From NCBI GenBank assembly GCA_024137785.1, contig JAHRHZ010000144.1, positions 36,482,672 through 36,546,671 on the forward strand: DNA of 64,000 nucleotides, in the 5' to 3' direction. This DNA is from Ginglymostoma cirratum. Lineage: Eukaryota. The position numbers and the translations under genes were made by a program. The notes beneath the pieces were generated by a model. It worked only from the letters and a program-made list of their open reading frames with translations, was not told where the DNA came from and ran no database searches. How positions within the stretch are numbered: position 1 is the stretch's first letter; every line of letters begins with the position of its first letter. Shown in pieces: positions 12,101 to 24,100 of the stretch.

Positions 12101-15100
12101 TATTTCAAAATGATTTTTGATGTTTAGCAGTCACAATTTTTCAGACAAGCATGGTAGCCATTTCTTATCTAACAAGGTCTCATAAACAACAATGAATGAA
12201 TCATACAATGATATTTTGAAGATGACCCAGCTTAACATCTTATGGTATCAAGTTGGCACATCCAACAATCCAACTTAATACACCACTGGAATGATGCCCC
12301 TAGACCTCATGTTCAGATCCTCAAGTGGAGCATTATTCCTCAATCTTCGTGTCATTTTTTTTTTGCAGTTGCACCAAAGATAATAATGCCTGAACTCATA
12401 TCTATCAAAGCTGGGAAGAAACTTAGAATTGAGGCCCACATTTCTGGCAAGCCTACACCAACTTGCACATGGATGAAAGGTGATGAGGATGTAATTCCAT
12501 CTAGTCGTCTGGTTGTGCATAATGCAAAGGATACTTCAGTACTCATCATTAAAGATGTGACCAGAAAAGATAGTGCCTACTACAAACTTACTGCAGAAAA
12601 TAGCTCTGGCATCGCCTCCCAGAAAATTCGAATTGTAGTCATGGGTATGTATATTCGTTACATTGCATAAGGGAACACATTTGAAAGAACTGGAGCTGTG
12701 TAAACAGTTTAATATTAATAGTGTTTGTGTGGGATGCTCTTTGGAGGGTCAGTGTAGACTCGAGGGGCCAAATGGCCTGCTTCCGCACTGTAGGGATTCT
12801 ATGATTCTATGAAGAACATGCAGATGCAGCAGGTGGTAAAGAAGGCAAATTGTATGTTGGCCTTTCAAGCGAGAGGACTCAAGTACAGGAGCTGAGTTTT
12901 CTTGAGACCATGCCTGAAACATAATGAGTCACTTTGGTCTCCTTCTCTGAGGAAGGATGTTCTTCTTAAAGAGGGAGTGCAGTGAAGGTTTTACCAGACT
13001 GATTCCTGGGATGGAGGAACTGACTGTGAAGATTGGTTGAATTGATTAGGATTATATTTGCTGGAGTTCAGAAGAATGAGGGAGGATTTCATAGGAACCT
13101 ATAAAATTCTAACAGGACAAGATAGGGCAGATGCAGGATGTTCCCAATGATGAGACAGACCACAATCACGGATCATAGTCTAAGGGAAAAAAAACCCCAA
13201 AGAATTGTGGATGATAAAAATCAGAACCAAAAACAGAAATTGCAGGTCTAGCAGCATCTGTGGAGATAAATTCTCTGTTTTTGCCATAGACTAAGGATAT
13301 GTTTTAAATCATTTAGGACTGAGATGAGAAATTTCTTCACCCAGAGAGTGATGAGCCTGTGGAATCCCCTACCACAGAAAGCAGTCAAGTCTAAAGCAGT
13401 GTATGACTTCAAGAAGTTGGATATAGGACTTGGGGCTAAAGGGATAAAACAGTATGAGGGAAAAGCAGGTACAGGCTGTTGAGTCAGATGATTAGCCGTG
13501 ATTATAATGAATGGCGAAGCAGGCTCGAGGGGCCAAATGCACTACTGCATCAATTTTTGTTGTTTCTATGCTAGCCAGTATTATTTAATTATTGATAATT
13601 GATATTTTTCAGATATTCCTGGACCACCACAACCACCATTTGATATCTCTGAAATTGATGCTGATTCATGCAACCTTAATTGGCACATTCCATTTGAAGA
13701 TGGTGGTAGCAGCATAACAAACTATGTCGTGGAAAAATGTGACGTAAGTCGTGGTGACTGGGTTACAGTTGTGTCATCTGTGACAAAAACAAACTGTAGA
13801 ATTGGAAAGCTGATCCCTGGACAAGAGTATATGTTCCGTGTTCGTGCAGAAAACAGATTTGGTATTTCAGAGCCCCTCACCTCTGATAAAATGATTGCGA
13901 GATATCAATTTGGTAAGCTGTTCCAAAATATTTGGGCTATACATTTTTTTTAAGATGTAACGTCTGGTTTAAGAGCTGACTATAGATTTTTTTTTTCCAT
14001 CGACAGATGTTCCCAGTGAACCAAGGAATGCACATGTCACAAAGGTGAACAAAGACTGCATATTTGTAGCGTGGGATAGACCAGAAAGTGATGGTGGTAG
14101 TCCTATCACTGGATATATCATTGAACGTAAAGAAAGAAATAGTCTTCTTTGGGTGAAGGCAAATGACACTTCTATCCGTGCCACAGAGTACCCATGTTCA
14201 GGACTAATTGAAGGGCTGGAATATACTTTCAGAGTCAGTGCACTGAACAGAGCAGGATGTAGCAAGCCTAGTAAACCAACTGAATTTGTAACAGCTAGGA
14301 CACCAGTTGGTAAGTATTCAGAAATGTTTTTTAAAATGTATAAAGTTATTTTAGAATTAAATTTAAGATATAAGAAATTTACAATAATTTAAATTGTACT
14401 TTAAATTTTGTGCATTAACTTAGAAATGTGTACCTATATTTTGTAACAGATCCACCAGGCAAACCAGAACCCATTGATATCACAAATAGTAGTGTTTCTC
14501 TCATCTGGGCAAGACCCAAACATGATGGTGGAAGCAAACTAATAGGCTATTTTGTTGAAGCCTGTAAATTACCTGGTGATAAGTGGATACGATGCAATAC
14601 TAGTTGTCAAAGTGTGCCTAGTGAAGAATTCACTGTTACCAATCTTGAAGAACATGCTCAATATCAATTCAGAGCCATTGCAAAGACGGCAATTAATATC
14701 AGCAAACCTTCTGAACCTTCAGATCCAGTGACCATCGTGGCAGAACAAGGTATGAATTAACCTCACAGCATTGTATCATTTTCTATGGAATTTCATTTTG
14801 CAGACATCAAATACTAACCTAATTCAAGAAATATCATTGATATTAAAATGCTTTGTTGAATTTACAGTTGCACCAAAAATTGATCTGGGAGTGTCCATGA
14901 AGTCATTGATCACCGTAAAGGCCGGATCTAATGTTTGTCTAGATGCCCATGTCTTTGGAAAACCCTTTCCAAAGATCACATGGAAGAAAGATGGCAACGT
15001 AGTAATGCCTGCTGAAGGCATTAAAATAGCCAGAACAAGAAACTTGTGCACGCTCGAATTGTATAGTGTACAGAGGAAAGAAACTGGAGAGTATACTATT

Positions 15101-18100
15101 GTTGCAGAGAATTCAAGTGGATCCAAATCAGCCAATATAAAACTGAAAGTATTAGGTAAAAATATTTTAAAATGTTTCATCGAATGTGTCAATCTGCTTA
15201 GTTATAAATTAGCTTAATAAAATGTATATGAATATTCATATTTCATTCATATTCAAATACACATTTAAGAACTTCATGAAATATTAATATGATTTTTGAG
15301 AATCTAAAGAAAAGGTGGAAGGCAAAATTTTAAAACAAAATATTAGTTTCATCTTTAGGTAATTAATTTTAAAATATTCATGCATGCTTATGTTCTGTTC
15401 TTTTGCCAGATAAACCTGGTCCACCAGCTTCTATCAAAGTTACCAATATTTATTCAGATCGCGTTGCTCTGAAATGGGAACCTCCGCTTGAGGATGGAGG
15501 TGCTGAGATTACAAACTATATTGTCGATAAGCGTGAGACAAGTCGACCTAATTGGGCTCAAGTTACTGCTAATTTACAGATTACACAGTGCGGAATAGAA
15601 AAACTGATAGAGGGACATGAATACCAGTTCCGTGTCAGTGCAGAAAACAAATATGGTGTTGGTGACCCAATCATTACCCATCCAGTTGTTGCTAAGAATC
15701 CTTACAGTAAGTAAAACACCTTCCTTTCCTCCCAAAGCTAATTTTTGATTTTAATTGAATGATCAAAAGATACTCAACACATACTTTGTATTATTTACAG
15801 ATGTACCTGGGCCATGTGATCCACCAATAATTAGTAACATCACTAAAGATCATATGACTGTTAGCTGGAAAGCACCAGCAGATGATGGTGGCTCTCCCAT
15901 CACTGGATACTTAGTGGAGAAGCGTGAGGCAATGGCTGTTAATTGGTCAAAGGTCAACAGGAAACCAGTTTTGGAAAGAACAATTAAAGCTGCAGGGCTT
16001 CAAGAAGGCACTGAATATGAGTATCGAGTTATTGCTTTGAATAAAGCTGGACCAGGCAAACCCAGTGAATCCTCAAAAGCAGCATTTGCTCTGGATCCTC
16101 TATGTAAGTGAACGGACTATATATATATATCAACTACACAACTGACTCACGTTTGTTAAACTTCTTTCATGCAAATTATTTTGTTTCTCCTCAGATCCTC
16201 CAGGACCTCCTGCTTTCCCAAAGGTCGTTGATACAACTCGCAATACGATCAGCTTATCTTGGAGTAAACCAGCATATGATGGTGGCAGTCCAATCTTGGG
16301 CTATCTAGTTGAAGTTAAGCGTGCAGATGGTGAAAACTGGGTAAAATGCAACATACCAAAGAACCTTCGTGATACACACTATGTTGTTACAGGACTGTCT
16401 GAAGGCACTGAATATAACTTCCGTGTGAGCGCAATGAACAAAGTAGGCTACAGTGATCCAAGTGAAGTGCCAGAGAAACATACTGCCAAGGATATTTTGA
16501 GTAGGTTTTCATTACTTGTATGAAGCAAATTAAGTCCTGTTGCGAAACATTGTAATTTTTCTCAGTAAGTCAGGCATCATCTGTGAAGAGACAAATGGCA
16601 CCTTTCAGACACATTTCGTTGGCCTGCTATGGTAACGCTATTTTTTCATCCACAAATGCTGCCGGACCTTCTGACTGTTTCCAGAATGTTTTGGTTTTAT
16701 TTCCGATTTCCAGTGCCTGTAGTATTTTAACTTCGTAGTATTTTTCTGAAGTTGTCTTTGCCATCATTTATAAAGAAGTACTATCATATTGTAAATAAAT
16801 AGTCTAACCCCTATGATAAAGTAATAGAGGGAATTTTCAGATAGATACATCAAATGTTTGTCATCCATAATTCAGAGAGACTGTGTTTCATCTGGGACTA
16901 ACACCAGATATGCCTGCCTTGGCGTGTTGCATATGTTTCTCAACTAGTCCTTAGGAAAATTCCTCAGGTTGGGGAGTGCCATGGTGCACGGTGATGTAAT
17001 TTTCCTCATAAGAAAGTGAATACAGAAATCAGATTTTTTAACGAAAGTGAGGAAATGTTGGAGCTTTTGCAAAATTAGATGAAAATTTTATGAGTAGTTT
17101 CTGATTATTTTGTGTGCAACTTGTTTTGTCTTAAGTGTGTGTAAAAATAATTTAAAGGTATGTAGTTGGGTAGATGAAGCCAAATAGCACGAGGGGTGAC
17201 CTAGAACACTATTGGTTCCTGGGGCATGGATCTGGGATCAGATTGAGCAGACTTATTGAAGTGAAGGTATTCTCTGGATAGTTGAAGAGATCTATTTGGT
17301 GGAAACAACTTTATGCCATACAATGTGATTTTGATATATTTGTATGATGTTTAATAATGAATATGTATTTCATGTATTTTTTTCATGAACAGTTGCTCCT
17401 GAAGCAGACCTTGATGCTGACTTAAGGAAGGTGCTTATTCTACGTGCTGGCGTCACAATGAGAATCTATGTGCCAGTGAGGGGTCGGCCTCCACCAAAGA
17501 TTAGCTGGTCTAAAGTGGATGCCAACATTCAGGACAGGCAAGGACTTGAAATCAGAACTTCGGATTATGACACGATGTTGTACTGTGAAAATGTGAATCG
17601 ATACGATGCTGGAAAGTACATTCTAACTCTACAAAACAGCAGTGGAACAAAAGCATATACACTTACTGTAAAAGTTCTTGGTAAGTTGTAACTAATTATT
17701 TTATTGTCAGATAAAGTTAAATTTTATTCATATAAAGCAGGTTGATTATAATTGTTTTATTCAGTGAGTTAACTTGTTTTTCACTTCTTAATTAGATACT
17801 CCTGGTCCTCCAGTCAATCTTATTGTTAAAGAAACAGCAAAGGATTTTGCTGTTATATCATGGGATCCTCCCCTTGTGGATGGCGGCAGTCCAGTTAAGA
17901 ATTACATTGTAGAGAAAAGAGATGCTGAAAGAAAGGCATGGTCAACTGTAGCGACTGAATGTGCCAAGACCAGTTTCAGAATTATTAATTTGGAAGAAAG
18001 TAAATATTACTACTTCAGAGTTTTAGCTGAAAATGAGTATGGCATTGGTGAACCTTGTGAGACAAAAGATGCTGTGAGAGCTTCAGGTAATTACTGGGTT

Positions 18101-21100
18101 TTTTTTAACACTATAAAGCAGAACAAAATTCTGCTTATCTTTATTTCTTTCCACTAAAATAATCTATTGTATAATGCAGAAGAACCTGGGCCTGTGATAG
18201 ACTTGAAGGCTGCAGCTGTATCCAAAAATTCTTGCACTTTGACATGGAAAAAACCAATCAGTGATGGAGGTAGCCGAATTACTGCTTATGTTGTTGAAAT
18301 GATGGTTCAGGAGGACAAATGGAAAGAAATGATGAGAGCTAAGAAGTTGCAGTTTCTAACAAGTGAACTGGAAGAAGGAAAGGAATACACTTTCAGAGTA
18401 GTAGCACAGAATGATGCTGGATACAGTGTACCACGTGAAATTACACTTGTAGCAAGGGATCAAGTTGGTAAGTATTTCTTCATAATAACACACCATAAAT
18501 AATAAGATCATATTGGCACTTACATATTATACAGTAACAAATAGAAGCTCAAATACAAAATTTGAATTGTTGAAAATATAATTACTAATTTTGATATTCT
18601 TAGCAAAGATAACTAGGCCGTCTGAAATACTGCCATGCCCTCAGCATCTTATGAAATGTTTTACAATTATTAGATTACTTTTAAAGTTAATGTAACTGAA
18701 TATGCCAGGCAATATAATTGAAGCAAATTACCGGGCCACTATTTTGTTTCAAAAGGAATCTTATCCAGGATTTCTTCTTCAGACATTGCTTTTGAAACCC
18801 TTAACCCATCAAAACAGATTGATGGGATCTCAAATAAACATTTCAGCTTCTTACAATACTGCAGTCAGTTGTTCGCCTGCATTAAATGTTCAAGCCCAAA
18901 TGAAGGTTGAAGCCATGAAGATCTGACAACGAGATGAATGTGCTACTAAGGCACACTAACAAAAATCCTAATTGGTAAAATAGCATTTAACGTTGTAATC
19001 CTGCACTGTCTATGCAGGTAACTGTAGAAGTAGATGAGCTTTAAACAAAATCAATTGACTTGACATTTAGTAAATTTAAACTAAATCTACACCAGTCAGG
19101 TATTTTGTATTTAAAAGGAAACCCTCACCACCAAAAAATTAACAATTAGATTATGCCTGACTACTCTACCTAAACTGTTCAGAGATAGTGAGAACTGCTG
19201 ATGCTGGAGAAAACAGAGCTGGATGAACGCAGCAGGCCAAGCAGCATCAGAGGAGCAGGAAAGCTGACATTTCGGGCCTAGACCCATCTTCAGAAGAAGG
19301 CTCTAGGCCCAAAATGTCAGCTTTCCTGCTCCTCTGATTCAGTTGGATGAACACAGCAGGTCAAGCTGAATTGCTTCTGAAGATGGGTCTAGGCCCGAAA
19401 CGTCAGCTTTCCTGCTCCTCTGATGCTGCTTGGCCTGCTGTGTTTATCCAGCTCTACACCTTGTTATCTCTACTTAAACTGTTTGTTTGTTTTGCTTCTG
19501 ATTTCCTCAGAGAAGTGTCTAGAAACACAATTTATGGATTTCCAAAAGGCATCAAAAGAAGGTTCTGTGTAAAGGTTTTTTAGCAAAATGAAACTTTGTA
19601 TTTAGCAGCTTGAAAGACAGTCAAATTGAGTGCCTAAATTTTATTAGCTCCCAGAAGGCAGGTTAGAAGCCTGCTAAAGGTGTGGAGAGCTGGATCAGAA
19701 CAGATCCACAATGCATTCCCACAGCCCCAACACTTTACCAACAATGCTGGCAGCAAAATTCAGGATGAAACATTTGAAATGACAAAAGCAAAATACTGCC
19801 GATGCTTGAGATCTGATATTACAGTAGAATGTTCTGGAGAAATTCATCAGAACTGGCAGCAGCTGTGTAGAGAGAAATAGTTAGCATTTTGTGTCCAAAA
19901 TGACTCTCCTTCACAAAGTTTCTCCAGTTTAAAATGATAAACTGATTCAGTGGATTAAGATAACTATTTTTCTGACAGAGTAATCAGAACAAGGGGTCAC
20001 ACTCTTAAAATCTTAAAATTAATGTTTAGGCCATTGCTGAGTTTTGCATAATTGGTAGAGGAAATATAGAATTGTTTCCACCCTAAAAGGCTGTAAATTC
20101 TAGGACAATTCGAATTTCCAAAACAGATCAGAGCTTGTTAATAGGTAAGAAGAGGAGGATTTTGGTCCAAAGGTGGGTTGAGAGAGCTGAGATACCAGCC
20201 AAGATCTAATTGAATGGTACAATACTATCAAGAGGCTGAATGATATGGCCCTGCTTCTCTTATGGGGTGCAGTATGACTTGTAATTCCACATTCAATTAT
20301 AGGATTCCACATCTTAATGAATTACATTTGTCTCATGTTATTAATATTTTCATAAGTCAAATACATAATTTGTGCAGGGAATTAAACCGTGATTATTATA
20401 ATAAGCGCTTTGAAATTTCTTAGTCACAATATGTCACTTAGGGTAACTTGTTTTAAGTTAAACCTTAAATTGTACTGGATAGTTTCTTAAGGCTTTACCT
20501 ATAATAGAAAACTGCATTTAAAAGCCTAAGAATAGTTTCAAAGCATTCCTACCAAAACTGAAATCTGAACTCATTAAACTAAATCACTCTCTTTGAATTA
20601 ACAGTACCGCCAAATATTGATTTACGAGACATCCCTGACCTAACATACATTGCCAAGGAGGGAAGTAATTTCCATATAAAGATCCCCATCAGTGGCAAAC
20701 CCGCACCAACCGTAACATGGAAGAAAGGTGAAGATTTACTTCAGGAAAGTGGAAGAATAAATGTAGAATCCACAGCAATTAATACAACACTCTCAGTGCG
20801 AGATTGTCAAAAGAGCGATGCTGGAAAATACACAATCAATTTGAAGAATGCTGCTGGCACTAAAGAAGCTGCAATATTCATGAAAGTAGTTGGAAAGCCT
20901 GGAATACCAACCGCACCTTTCCGTTTTGATGAAATAACGGCAGAGGCGATTACACTAATCTGGGCGCCCCCTAAGGATGATGGCGGTGCCGAAATTACAA
21001 ACTATGTTTTAGAAAAGCGCGATAATGTCACCAATAAATGGGTGACTTGTGCCTCAGCTGTACAAAAAACATCATTCAGAATTACAAGGCTTCATGAAGG

Positions 21101-24100
21101 AAATGAGTATGTGTTTAGAGTAAGTGCTGAGAATAAATATGGAGTGGGAGAAGGTCTGAAATCTGACCCTGTCATTGCCAGGCATCCATTTGGTAAGCAG
21201 CTTCACATTTTATCTCTAAACTTTAATTGCAATGCTGCACTCACTTTTAGACTAATTGATGTCTGTCTTTCTCTCTTCCAAGATGTGCCTGATGCTCCTT
21301 TGCCTCCAGAAATAGTTGCAGTCAGGCACGATTCAGTCTCCCTGATTTGGAAGGATCCAAAGAAAACTGGTGGCTCCCCAATCACAGGTACATAGTTTGA
21401 TTTCTCCCTTTCGGCCAGCAGTTACATTTATATAATTACACAATATTTATTTCAAACCACTTTTTGCACCAGGTTATCATGTTGAATATAAAGAAAGAAA
21501 CAGCCTCCTTTGGAAGAGAGCCAATAAGACTACACTAAAAATGAGGGATTTTAGCGTACCAGGTTTGACTGAAGGACTTGAATATGAGTTTAGAGTCATG
21601 GCAATTAACTTGGCTGGTGTAGGCAAACCAAGTGGACCATCGCATCCTGTTACCACGTTAGACCCAATTGGTAAGTAAAATCCTTGGTGCCATTTTTCAC
21701 TGCCTTCTTTTGCGTCTTATAAATGATGCAACCAGTGGCTGACAGTAGATTGTTCACTTTCCAGATCCTCCTGGAAAACCTGAAGTCATTAATGTTACCC
21801 GGACAAGTGTGACTCTAATCTGGACTGAACCAAAGTATGACGGTGGTCACAAACTAATTGGCTACATTGTTGAGAAACGAGACCTACCTTCCAAGACATG
21901 GATGAAAGCAAATCATATTAACGTTCAGGAGTGTGCCTTTACTGTTACTGATCTTACTGAGGGCTGTAAATATGAATTCCGTATAAGGGCAAAGAATGCA
22001 GCAGGAGCAATTAGTCCACCATCTGAAACTACTGGAACTATTATCTGTCAGGATGAGTATGGTAAGTAATTTTCTTTTTTTTTAACCACCTGATTAAAAA
22101 CAAAACTGAAAAATTAACACTCATAGTGCTAATTAACTTATCTCTTTTATATCCACAGTGGCACCAACAATTGTAATTGATCCTACAGTAAAAGAAGGCT
22201 TAACAGTTAAGGCTGGTGATACCATTGTAATTACTGCAACTAGCATTCTTGGCAAACCTCCACCAACATCTGTTTGGTCTAAGGGTGGTAAAGACTTCAA
22301 GGTGTCTGAAATAGTTCAAATCGAAAAAACTCCAACTTCCTCAACACTGCATGTTAAATATGCCACTAGAAAAGATTCTGGAGAATATACTATTACCGCC
22401 AGTAATCCATTTGGCACCAAAGAAGAACATGTACGTGTGAAAGTGCTGGATGTTCCCGGTCCCCCAGGACCTATTGAAATAAGCAACGTTTCATCTGAGA
22501 AGGCTACACTAAATTGGTTACCTCCAGCTGAAGATGGAGGTTCTCCCATCAAATCTTATACAATTGAAAAGAGAGAAACTAGTCGTCTTCTCTGGACTTT
22601 AGTTGCTGAAGATGTTCCAAGTTGCAGATATATTGCAAGCAAACTTATACAGGGAAATGAATATATCTTCCGTGTCTCTGCTGTAAATCAATATGGAATT
22701 GGTGATCCAGTACAGTCAGAACCAGTTAAAATGGTGGACAGTTTTGGTAATTACTTTCATTTCTAAAACAAAACTGGGCATTATGTGACTTCTGACCTTG
22801 TCTTATTAGAAATATAAACTTCATTTGTGATATTTCTCTCTTAGGTCCCCCTGGCCCACCTTCAAAGCCTGAGGTCACCAATGTCACCAAAAATACCGTT
22901 ACTGTTGGGTGGAAGAGACCAGTTGATGATGGCGGTAGTGAAATAACAGGATATATTGTAGAACGTAAAGAAAGGAAAGGTCTCAGGTGGATTAGAGCAA
23001 CAAAGAAACTGATTTCTGATCTCCGACACAAAGTGACAGGACTGAATGAGGAAACTGAGTATGAATTCCGTGTCAGTGCGGAAAATAAGGCAGGCATTGG
23101 ACCTCCAAGTGAGCCATCACAACCAGTATTAACAAAGGATGTAGCATGTAAGTATGAACACTTTTCTCATATTTGTTACATGTGAATTGTTCTTTGAAAA
23201 TAGAACTCCTTGACATCAAAATACTTAACACTAATGTCATTGCACTCTTTTCTTTCAATTTATACAGATGTACCTGGACCACCTTCTAACCCAAGAGTGG
23301 TTGACACAACAAAAACTACAGCCAGTTTGACTTGGGGGAAACCCCACTATGATGGTGGCCTTGACATTATTGGGTATATAGTTGAACATAAGAAAGAAGG
23401 CGATGAGAACTGGATAAAAGACACAACAGGCACTGCACTCAGAATAACTGAATTTGTTGTTGCTAACCTTCAGTCAGGAGAAAAATACAACTTCAGAATT
23501 AGTGCCGTCAATGCAGAGGGCGTTGGTGAGCCTGCACAAGTAGAAGGTCTTATTGAAATTAAGGAACGTGAAGTCGCCCCTGATTTTGAGTTGGATGCTG
23601 AACTGAGGAGAACTCTTGTTGTCAGAGCTGGAGTAACCATTCGCATCTTTGTACCAATTAAAGGCCGTCCAACTCCTGAGGTTACATGGCTAAAAGGAGA
23701 CATCCCAGTTAAAGGCCGAGCAACTGTAGAAACCACAGATTCTTACACGTTTTTGCTCATCCCAGACTGCACACGATACGATGCCGGAAAGTACACAATG
23801 TGTCTTGAAAATATTGCTGGTAAAAAGAGTGGTTTTGTAAATGTGAGGGTTTTAGATTCACCAGGACCACCCATCAATCTCAAAGCCAGAGAAGTAACAA
23901 AAGACAGTGTTACCATACAATGGGATATGCCAATGATTGATGGCGGCTCACGGATAACCAATTACATTGTAGAGAAACGAGAATCAACCCGGAAGGCATA
24001 TTCTACTGTCACAACCAATTGTCAGAAGTGTTCACTCAGAGTTGTCAATTTGTCAGAAGGAAGTGAGTATTACTTCAGAGTAATGGCCGAGAATGAATAT

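Noticed and set aside
19181-19470. Repeat cluster as a CRISPR array or a pre-miRNA gene
   Set aside because: The context is eukaryotic, the repeats are inverted without unique spacers, and TSDs plus dispersed copies point to a mobile element.
19347-19880. ORFs 19347..19583 and 19680..19880 as possible cassette exons or small genes
   Set aside because: They lie over repeat elements and have no Ig/FN3 pattern or convincing splice sites.
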